DNA of 64,000 nt from an uncultured Saprospiraceae bacterium. GTDB taxonomy: Bacteria; Bacteroidota; Bacteroidia; Chitinophagales; Saprospiraceae. Each line of letters begins with the position of its first letter. Position 1 is the stretch's first letter. The notes beneath the pieces were generated by a model that was given only the letters and a program-made list of their open reading frames with translations, was not told the origin of the DNA and did not search any database. Shown in pieces: positions 10,801-18,195 of the stretch. The stretch lies in contig CALEYL010000031.1 of the NCBI GenBank assembly GCA_937926205.1, positions 34,121 through 98,120 on the forward strand. The letters run 5' to 3'. The translations under genes were made by a program, and so were the position numbers.

Positions 10801-11729
10801 GAACCATAGCGGGCGATGACAACTCCGCCGGCTACTTCCGCGCCGTCTTTGTCGAGTAAGCCCCTCCGGGTAGCAGGCCCAAGGGAAACAACCCCAATGT
10901 CTTTGATGCGGATGGGTACGTTGTCGTTTACGGCCACCACGGCCAGTTCCAGGTCTTCCACTTTTTTGATGTACCCAAGGCCCCGAACGAAGTATTCTGC
11001 TTTATTTATTTCTATGGTTTGGGCTCCGGCGTCGCGGTTCGATTTTTTTACAGCCGTCATTACATCCATGAGGGGAATGCCATAGGATTTCAAAGCATCG
11101 GGATTGACATCCACCTGGTATTCCTTCACCTGGCCACCAACGGAAGCAACTTCCGAGACGCCCTCAACGGCATTGAGTGCATATTTTACATAAAAATCCT
11201 GGACAGTTCTTATTTCATTCAGATCCCAGCCTCCGGTAGGGTTGCCGGCAGAATCGCGGCCCTCAATGGTGTACCAGTACACCTGACCCAATGCGGTGGC
11301 GTCAGGGCCCAGAGAAGGCTGTACGCCCGGGGGCAACAAACCGGATGGCAACGAATTCAGCTTTTCTAAAATTCGGCTTCGCGACCAATAGAATTCTGTT
11401 TGTTCATCAAAAATGACGTAAATGATGCCAAAGCCAAACATGGAGGTGCTCCGGATCGATTTCACGCCGGGGATACCCAGCAAAAATGTTGTGAGCGGAT
11501 AGGTAATTTGATCTTCCACATCCTGCGGAGAGCGACCCATCCAGTCGGCGAAGACAATTTGCTGGTTTTCGCCAAGATCGGGAATCGCATCCACCGGGAC
11601 CGGATCAGATGGCAGAAATGTATTCCAGCCAAAAGGCGCCGTGACCATGCCCCAGCCAATAAACAACAGCAAAAGCAGCAGGGTAACAAATTTGTTTTCC
11701 AGAAAAAACCGAATGATTCCGTTTAGCAT
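7866..11729 (-). CDS. CusA/CzcA-family heavy-metal efflux RND permease (1287 aa, oversized)
   Basis: Typical N-terminus MLNGIIRFFLENKFVTLLLLLLFIGWG. AcrB/CusA-like periplasmic and TM blocks (VVIARYGSNPL, IAIAIGVMVDVGIVFVENI, LFGIATDDGVIM). Extra hydrophobic segments sit between canonical TM6 and TM7. Confidence 0.9.
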   Translation of the reverse strand: MLNGIIRFFLENKFVTLLLLLLFIGWGMVTAPFGWNTFLPSDPVPVDAIPDLGENQQIVFADWMGRSPQDVEDQITYPLTTFLLGIPGVKSIRSTSMFGFGIIYVIFDEQTEFYWSRSRILEKLNSLPSGLLPPGVQPSLGPDATALGQVYWYTIEGRDSAGNPTGGWDLNEIRTVQDFYVKYALNAVEGVSEVASVGGQVKEYQVDVNPDALKSYGIPLMDVMTAVKKSNRDAGAQTIEINKAEYFVRGLGYIKKVEDLELAVVAVNDNVPIRIKDIGVVSLGPATRRGLLDKDGAEVAGGVVIARYGSNPLHVINGVKEKIKEMAPGLPKKKLSNGVVSQLTLVPFYDRTQLIQETLGTLERALSHEIIISIIVVILLVLNLRASLLISSMLPVAVLMAFIVMRYAGVDANIVALSGIAIAIGVMVDVGIVFVENIIRHLEMPENEGVRGKRLLEVIYEATVEVSSAITTALATTVVSFLPVFAMQSAEGKLFKPLAFTKTFALGASFVLGIVVLPALAHLVLSLNFDKKRVRNVWNIALIAAGILFALVYKTWLPVWLVAIGINNLLEYRWPEKRRTWPNFINIAIILLVATFILAEEWVPLGHYNSILTNYLFVVVLLGIILGGLMSIVHFYEPVLKWCLANKGKFMLLPLFTILFGLLIWLGWNRSLGFVARGFDQVGWNVRENGVWSFMLHKFPGMGKEFMPSLNEGSFLLMPTSMPHSGVEENQRIVAQLDMLLANIPEVDLAVGKAGRAETALDPAPISMFENLINYKPEFLINENGKRETFKTDKKDRFILVSGDTLSNEEALLRKVKSSDLIPDPDGQYFRNWRPKIKNPDDIWDEIIRVTKIPGVTSAPRLQPIETRLVMLQTGMRAPMGIKVYGPNLQTIETFGMQLEAILKEVPSVKAEAVFADRIVGKPYLHLNIDRGAAARYGLNIEDIQNFIETAVGGMNVTTTVEGRERFPVRVRYPRELRDSPESIKKMLVPTPVGAQVPLGELVKIEYVRGPQMIKSEDTFLTGYVLLDKKDGYPEVDVVEEAQRFIQERIDNGSLVIPAGVSFKFSGTYENQLRAMKRLSIVIPISLITIFLLLFFQFKTVVASSIHFSGVFVAFAGGFIMLWLYGQDWFLDFSIADVSMRELFQLHPINLSVAVWVGFIALFGIATDDGVIMGTYIHQVFEERQPATVPEVRAAVLEAGKKRVRPAMMTAAVAIIALLPVLTSTGKGADIMVPMAIPTFGGMTIQLMTMFVVPVLQAYWREGVVKRQLARANRAVETAQNGQENEN

Positions 11730-11840
11730 GATATTCCATCATTTGTGTGAATGAACCGGACTGCTTTTCAGCGGTGGCCAAATGAGATAAATCCCAGCTG
11801 TGGACGCGCCGTTCAGCTGTGAAACACAATATGGAATGGT

Positions 11841-12317
11841 CTAAAACCGAAATACCTGCAACACGGAATGGATGTCCTTGCGGGTTCGTACAGGTGGTTT
11901 ATAAAACAGGAAAGCGGAAAGAGACGCTTCAGAGATGGACAAAGAGAAAAGATAAGGGATAAACAGTGCGGCAGAAACTACAGGCAGTTTCAGAGAAAAG
12001 GCATAGGCGCCTTTGTTTTTTTGATCCTGACCAGACTTGAGAAAGTCGACCGTATTCTGGCAGCAACTTTTTTTAGTCCATTTTTGGTGCCCGTCACATG
12101 GTAGATCTCGTTTACATGCGCTTTGTTCAGCGCCCATACAGCCTTTCGCTTTGGAAAACAGCGCCGTGTTTTTCAGTTCGCCCCTGCAAAAGTGCTTGTC
12201 CACAACAAAGCCCGTCGAGCTGGCCAGCACGGCAAAAGAAAGGATGATATGGAGCACACTGGCTATACGATGACGCATGGTACTTACAAATATAAGGAAT
12301 TTAGGTCTAATATTCAA
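11841..12317 (-). CDS. small secreted/membrane Cys-rich protein leading the efflux operon (possibly HYC_CC_PP-type)
   Basis: Hydrophobic N-terminus. Motifs KHFC, SCCQN and YKPP in the order that gives the HYC_CC_PP family its name. The family call is from memory and was not searched. The real start may be Met14 (12278). Confidence 0.5.
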   Translation of the reverse strand: MNIRPKFLIFVSTMRHRIASVLHIILSFAVLASSTGFVVDKHFCRGELKNTALFSKAKGCMGAEQSACKRDLPCDGHQKWTKKSCCQNTVDFLKSGQDQKNKGAYAFSLKLPVVSAALFIPYLFSLSISEASLSAFLFYKPPVRTRKDIHSVLQVFRF

Positions 12318-12387
12318 AATTCAGCAAGGTTATGAGTCTGTTAGTCAGAGCAAAACAAAGCCTATTTGAGATCTTTTCAAAATGCTA

Positions 12388-12549
12388 AGAGTTTGTTCGG
12401 GATTTACTGATTGAGCGAGGGTGAGGAAATTTTATTTTAGACGAGGCGGATTTTGCAGACATAGCCAGCAGCTATGGCGAAAAAATTCAACGCTGAATAA
12501 AATAAAATTTGCCACTCACAGCCAATTGAGGAATTTCCGAACAAGCTCT
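12388..12549. repeat. about 162-nt imperfect palindrome (arms of about 52 nt) between the SDR gene and the efflux operon
   Basis: Left arm agagtttgttcgg...aaattttatttta versus right arm taaaataaaattt...ccgaacaagctct. The outer 13 nt and inner 13 nt are near-perfect complements and the middle is diverged. Central mini-hairpin catagccagcagctatg. Confidence 0.6.
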
Positions 12550-12652
12550 AATACAAAGGTAGGCGACTCCCTATTGAAATGTGGTGCAAAATTTTGGTAA
12601 AGCGTTACAAAATTTCGCACGTTACAGAGGAGCTTTCAGCAGGATAGGCAGT

Positions 12653-13585
12653 CTATTTTTGATAATCGGATTTTACAATCGCCTTAATCCCGTCAAGATA
12701 TGGTGTCGGTTTAAAATCAAACCTTTTTTCAAATTTGTCGCTATTAAACACGTAGTCCCGATCGTATTGATACATCATTTCGGGCATCTCTTTCATCACC
12801 GGAATAAACAATCCAATGATCCGCATCATCCATTTGGAGGCGACCAGGTAACGGGGTTTCACGCCCATTTCTTTTGCAATGACTTCAATCCATTCTTTGC
12901 CTGTATACGGATTCCCTGTTGTCGGAAGGTGCCAGATTTGATTGTAAGCATCCTCTGTATTGCCCAGCAAAGCAGTTGCTTTGCCGGCATCCGGGGTATA
13001 GGTATAGGAATGTTTGTAATCTACGGAGCTCATCCAATTGGCCTTTTTGCCCTGACTAAGCGGTTTGAAAACCGTTTCTGTGAGGACACTGGTGTTTTGG
13101 ATCTGAGGGCCGTAAAAATCGGCCGAACGGGCAATTAGCGCCGTTAAAGTGCCCTTTTCGACTTCCTCCATAATCCTGTCTGCAATCTCAGCCCGAATTT
13201 TACCTTTTTTGCTTGGTGGATTTGTCGGCGTTTCTTCTGTCATGCCATTCAGGTATGCGGGGTCATACATGTAAATGTTGTCAAAAAAGACCAATTTACA
13301 GGCGTGCTTTTTACAGGCATCGATGACACTGTCAACAAATCCGGGCCAACATTGCCGCCATACTTTTACATTGTATGGAAAACCAACAGTGATATAAACA
13401 ACGGACGAGCCCTGAACGGCCTTATCAACTTCTGCGGGGTTTAATAAATCTGCTGCGAAAAGCTCGTCCGTAGGGTTGACCTTTTTTGGATTTCTGCTTA
13501 CCAGTCTGATTTCGTTCGTGAATGCTGTTAGTGATTTTGCTAATTCAATCCCTATGATACCTCCTGACCCCAATATTGTTTGCAT
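12653..13585 (-). CDS. NAD(P)-dependent epimerase/dehydratase-family (atypical SDR) protein
   Basis: Start moved to MQTILGSGGIIGIELAK (Rossmann GxxGxxG). The upstream 34 codons of the listed ORF lack coding character. Confidence 0.75.
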   Translation of the reverse strand: MQTILGSGGIIGIELAKSLTAFTNEIRLVSRNPKKVNPTDELFAADLLNPAEVDKAVQGSSVVYITVGFPYNVKVWRQCWPGFVDSVIDACKKHACKLVFFDNIYMYDPAYLNGMTEETPTNPPSKKGKIRAEIADRIMEEVEKGTLTALIARSADFYGPQIQNTSVLTETVFKPLSQGKKANWMSSVDYKHSYTYTPDAGKATALLGNTEDAYNQIWHLPTTGNPYTGKEWIEVIAKEMGVKPRYLVASKWMMRIIGLFIPVMKEMPEMMYQYDRDYVFNSDKFEKRFDFKPTPYLDGIKAIVKSDYQK

Positions 13586-13788
13586 ACCGATTTTGATGTA
13601 TAAAACCCGGAGATAAGCCAGGCACTTTTTAGCGGAAAAATAGTTCTCCGCTAGCCAAAGATAGAAAAGAGGAAATAATTGTATCAAGGGTTTATGATAA
13701 AAATCAATAATTTTTTAGGAGCTATTTGAGATATGCTGCGGATGGAAGCCGGGGAGAAACGCCCCGGCTATGCATCCATGAATTTTGT

Positions 13789-14991
13789 CTAATACACCTG
13801 CACTTTCTGCCAGCCCAGTACTTGTCCATACTGATCCCTGAGTTGCAACAGCAACATTCCAGGCGCCAACGTGGAAGGAACAGACACCTCAATTTGGCCT
13901 GCTATTGAATCGAATTGGGTTTGATACACTTCCCGGCCGGTTAAATCAATGAACTGCACCGTGCCGGAAATAAGGTCGGAATCTATAGCGAGATGAAACG
14001 TCTCGCCGGCAGTAACAGGGTTTGGATATGCCCTGAAAACCGAGTTAAAAATTTCATCGACCGCTGTGGCCGTTTCGGCTGCCTTGGGATGGCAAAAAGG
14101 GTCACCAGGCTGGTTGCCGTAAATGTCGATAGAAAACACATACCCCCCAAAATCCGGTTTGTAAAAAACATAAAAACTGTCTGCCGCCATACTGCCCTGT
14201 ACCAGTCCAAACGCTGCGGTTAAGGCAGGTGGCGCCGGGGCGCCGCCCAAAAAGAAACTATCCTGAGATGACCGGACTACTTTCATCATCAATACATCGA
14301 GGTTGCCCGAAGGGTTGCCGTCGACTTGAGGAATCATCATAGTACCGTATCCAACGACTTCCCGATGCTGGGTATGCCTTCTTTTTTGGGCGCCAGGCAC
14401 ATGGTTAAGGCCAAATGCTGCCACCGTAAGCTCAAAGTTGGTGCTTTCCACATAGCTTCCTGACCACGAACTTCCATAGGTCATTGGAAATTGAACGAGA
14501 TTGATGCGGCCCTGGTAAACATCCGCACTTCCGACAAAAACCAAAGAGTCATTGGGGCCGCCAGTTAGTGCAGCAATGGAATAGCCTGTTTGGGCATTTA
14601 CCTTACCGATGTCATGCCAACCTTCATTGTCAATGGCTTCGTATGCATTGCTGGGGATGAAGAATTGTTGAAAAAGCAGGTTGCGCTCCCGAACATTCAA
14701 AGCACCGGGAATATAAGGATCATCCGCTGCATCGAAATATTCAATCTCGATGAGTTCAGATATGCCCATATCGGAATAATCCCAAACCTGGTCAGGGCCT
14801 TCCTGAGGAAGTGAACCCACGGATATCCCCTGGATAATCGTATCGGTAAAACCCGCCAGGCGAGGAAAATTATCCTTTGTAATGGTTACCTGTGCATGTC
14901 CCTGAAACATGGAACCCATGCACGCTAAGGTAATGAAAAGGCTTGCGTTAAAAAGTCTCATATTATTGAATTTATTGGTGATAAAATGCAT
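13789..14991 (-). CDS. secreted protein with T9SS (Por) C-terminal sorting domain
   Basis: Signal peptide MRLFNASLFITLACMGSMFQGHAQ. C-terminal stretch of about 80 aa, FRAYPNPVTAGETFHLAI...VQFIDLTGREVYQ...GMLLLQLRD, is typical of type-A T9SS CTDs. The N-terminal domain is unknown. Confidence 0.65.
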   Translation of the reverse strand: MHFITNKFNNMRLFNASLFITLACMGSMFQGHAQVTITKDNFPRLAGFTDTIIQGISVGSLPQEGPDQVWDYSDMGISELIEIEYFDAADDPYIPGALNVRERNLLFQQFFIPSNAYEAIDNEGWHDIGKVNAQTGYSIAALTGGPNDSLVFVGSADVYQGRINLVQFPMTYGSSWSGSYVESTNFELTVAAFGLNHVPGAQKRRHTQHREVVGYGTMMIPQVDGNPSGNLDVLMMKVVRSSQDSFFLGGAPAPPALTAAFGLVQGSMAADSFYVFYKPDFGGYVFSIDIYGNQPGDPFCHPKAAETATAVDEIFNSVFRAYPNPVTAGETFHLAIDSDLISGTVQFIDLTGREVYQTQFDSIAGQIEVSVPSTLAPGMLLLQLRDQYGQVLGWQKVQVY

Positions 14992-15216
14992 GAAAAGGCT
15001 GCTCTAATCCTGGTGGTATACACCCGATCAGTTCATAAATTGCCAGCAATTAATATGGGGAATGCTTTTTTTGCCCCCGCACGATGTTTATCCCTCAGAA
15101 GCATGACAAAGGTGGGGCAGAAAGAGAGAAAAGGGATATCAAAAAAAGGAGGAATTGTGTCAATTTTCGAACATGGCTGTCAAAAAATGAACATCTTCAG
15201 GGCTAGCAGTGTCACA

Positions 15217-18021
15217 TTAATCCTGTTCTTCAAGAAGCGCTCCGGGAGTTGTCCCGTATTGTTCCCTGAAACATTTCACAAAATAAGAGGTGCTGCTAAA
15301 ACCCGTTTGGAAAGCAATTTCGGACACATTGCCTGCTTTTTCTTTCAGCAGGATGAGGGCTTGCTGAAGCCGGAAGAGCAGGATGAATTTAGAGGCAGAA
15401 TGGTCTGTCAGGGCTTTTAATTTTCGATTGAGGTGAACCCTGCTCATTCCCACGGCGCTTGCCAGCATTTCGACACTGAATTGCTCGTTGCCGAGCTCTG
15501 TCTCGATGGTAGCGCATATTTTTTCCATAAAAGCCTGGTCAATTTCGTTGGTACCCACTTCCCATGGGTCAATAAGCGCGGATTCTGCAAAACGCCGGCG
15601 CAAGGTCTGTCGCAAGCGAATGAGGTTGCGCACCCGAACTTCAAGTTCTTTGGTATCAAAGGGCTTGACGAGGTAATCATCGGCCCCGGTTTCCAGGCCT
15701 TCAATTTTTTCTTCGTCCACCGCTTTGGCCGTCAATAAGATGACGGGTATATGGCTGGTGCGCTGGTCATTTTTTAATTCCAGGCATAATTCATATCCAT
15801 TTTTTTGGGGCATCATGACATCGCTGATGACAAGGTCGGGAAGGTGTTTTCTGGCTTTTTCAAGGCCTTCTGCTCCGTCGACAGCTTCCAGAATTTTAAA
15901 AGAATTGCAGAGTTGTTGTTTGATATATGCCCGCACATCTTCATTGTCTTCCACAATCAACACACAGTGCAACCTCGTCATCTGTTCCAGTTGAGGTGGC
16001 CTCAAACGGTTTTCCTCAACGACAAGAGGGCTAATTACTTCGTTTCTGCTCATGGCAATTGGGAGGGTAACAGGAGTTTCGCCGACAGGCGCTTCTTCTT
16101 CCGGCAGCGCCAGAGCTTTTGGTAATATGACCTTAAAAGTGCTGCCTTTTCCCGGTTTGCTGGCCACCTGAATGCTTCCATGATGCAACTCAATGAGTTC
16201 TTTTACCAGTGCCAGCCCGATGCCTGTACCCTCCTCTACCCTGATTTCTTTGTTGTGGATTTGAGAAAAACGGTCAAAAATATGGGACAAGCGGGCTTCC
16301 GGAATCCCTATACCTGTGTCGCGTACGAGGATTTCAACCTGGTCTTTGTGATCAGTCACCATTACCGAAACCTCACCACCGTCTTTTGAAAATTTGAAAG
16401 CATTGGACAACAGGTTGTAAAAAATCTTTTCCACTTTGTCTTTGTCAACGTGTAGCAACAAAAGTTCTTTTTGACTCACAAAATGGAGGCGGATGTTCTT
16501 TTTGATGGCAAGGGATTCGAACGACATGACAATGCCTTTCAACAAGGCTGCAAAATTCAGCTTTCTTAGCTTCAGTTCCATCTTACCTGCTTCCAGCTTC
16601 GACAGGTCCAAAAGCTGGTTAATGAGTTGAAGCAGCCGTTGCGCATTCCGATAGGTCAATTGCAACAGGCTTTTTTCCTCAGCGTTTCTGGGCGTTTCCA
16701 TAAGTTCTTTCACCGGCCCCAGAATCAGGGTAAGAGGGGTTCGAAATTCATGTGAGATGTTGGTAAAAAACCGCGATTTCAGGCGATCAAGCGCTTCTAC
16801 CTTTTGCTTTTCCTGACGTATGGTGTTAATTTTATCGAACAATCCATAGAACAGGATGCCTGAAAAAACAAGTGTTCCAACCTGTGCGCTGTATTCCATC
16901 CAATGGTAATAAATAATCATCCGTTGCTGCCCCAAAAGGCCAATTATGGCTCCAATCAACAGGATGCCGGCTGAGATCAGTGCTATTCGGGCAGAGGGAT
17001 CTCTTTTTAAAGCGAGCATAACGACCAGGATGAGGGTCATTACAAGCCACGCCAAAACCAAAAAATTATGGGCATACACCGTCCAGGAAGCATCTCTTGT
17101 CAATAATCTGGCTACATGCGCAAAGACAGCAACGATGATGGTAGCCACCAGATAGACCCTGTAATAGCTGGGCATACGCCGGGACAACTTAAGGTAGCTA
17201 TTGCAAAACAAGAAGGCTAAAACAAGATAACACGAAACAATGGCCTGGCCAACTGAGAAATATTCGTTTCGGATCCGATACATCAGCAGGTCATCGGCAA
17301 TGTCGCTCATTTTCAGATAATAGGCCGCGAAAACAAACACCAAAAGCCCGTAATAGACAAATACGCGCTCACCAAATGTGGCGGCAAAAAACAGGCTAAC
17401 CAAACAAAAAATCAACATGATCCCGGCATAAAAAAATTGCCAGGCATAGGTATTAATTCGCTTATCGATTAATAACTCGGCAGGATATAAGGCCAATGAA
17501 GAGACTTCTCTGAGCTTAACCGGACTGGAAAAACAGGTTCGGAAATAAAAGTTGGTTGCCCCACCGGCAGCTAATGTAACCGGAAGATAATTGCGCCACG
17601 ACCTCAGGCTTTTTTGTGTCGGGCGCATCCTTCGACCTGCCTGGCGCTGATCCGTAACCTGTCCGTTTTGAACACTGTAAACGGTAACAGAATCTGCCAC
17701 GGAACTCACCTGAAAATAAGCTTGTATGGCTTCCCTTCCCTGATTGTCTAAGCGAATTCTGGACCATACTGCAAAAGGCACACGGGGTATTTCAACTTGC
17801 CCGGGGGGATAAAACCGGTCGTCAGAAAATCCTGTTATTTCTTCAATTGAAAACTGCCGGTTCGGATCAATCAATAGCTGAATATCGGCATTTAGCCCGT
17901 AGTTTGTCAGCATCCCGTGACTGAAAACAATCGTAGCAATGGTATCCGAGGCAAAGGCAGCAGGGAGTATCGGCAAATTCAGGAAGCTTACAAAAAGGAT
18001 GCTTGCAAAAAAACGATTCAT
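15217..18021 (-). CDS. hybrid sensor histidine kinase / response regulator with 7TMR-DISM-like sensor and C-terminal AraC HTH
   Basis: Signal peptide, extracellular domain and about 7 TM segments. H-box FTNISHEFRTPLTLI. ATPase boxes RDTGIGI and GTGIGLALV. Receiver VLIVEDNEDVR...DLVISDVMMP. AraC HTH IAFQTGFSSTSYFVKCFREQYGTTPG. Confidence 0.9.
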   Translation of the reverse strand: MNRFFASILFVSFLNLPILPAAFASDTIATIVFSHGMLTNYGLNADIQLLIDPNRQFSIEEITGFSDDRFYPPGQVEIPRVPFAVWSRIRLDNQGREAIQAYFQVSSVADSVTVYSVQNGQVTDQRQAGRRMRPTQKSLRSWRNYLPVTLAAGGATNFYFRTCFSSPVKLREVSSLALYPAELLIDKRINTYAWQFFYAGIMLIFCLVSLFFAATFGERVFVYYGLLVFVFAAYYLKMSDIADDLLMYRIRNEYFSVGQAIVSCYLVLAFLFCNSYLKLSRRMPSYYRVYLVATIIVAVFAHVARLLTRDASWTVYAHNFLVLAWLVMTLILVVMLALKRDPSARIALISAGILLIGAIIGLLGQQRMIIYYHWMEYSAQVGTLVFSGILFYGLFDKINTIRQEKQKVEALDRLKSRFFTNISHEFRTPLTLILGPVKELMETPRNAEEKSLLQLTYRNAQRLLQLINQLLDLSKLEAGKMELKLRKLNFAALLKGIVMSFESLAIKKNIRLHFVSQKELLLLHVDKDKVEKIFYNLLSNAFKFSKDGGEVSVMVTDHKDQVEILVRDTGIGIPEARLSHIFDRFSQIHNKEIRVEEGTGIGLALVKELIELHHGSIQVASKPGKGSTFKVILPKALALPEEEAPVGETPVTLPIAMSRNEVISPLVVEENRLRPPQLEQMTRLHCVLIVEDNEDVRAYIKQQLCNSFKILEAVDGAEGLEKARKHLPDLVISDVMMPQKNGYELCLELKNDQRTSHIPVILLTAKAVDEEKIEGLETGADDYLVKPFDTKELEVRVRNLIRLRQTLRRRFAESALIDPWEVGTNEIDQAFMEKICATIETELGNEQFSVEMLASAVGMSRVHLNRKLKALTDHSASKFILLFRLQQALILLKEKAGNVSEIAFQTGFSSTSYFVKCFREQYGTTPGALLEEQD

Positions 18022-18195
18022 TGATGAGGCGTTTTGGCAAGTATAAGCAATTTTGCGCTTTTTCCAGACATAAGGCTGAAAAGGATTGCCGTTCTTTCAG
18101 GCCTTGAATATAGTCCTTCCTCCATACCGGCATATTTTCTAATGATAATATGCCTACAAACCAATAAATGCTTGTCGCAAAGCAAGCTTAGCGTG

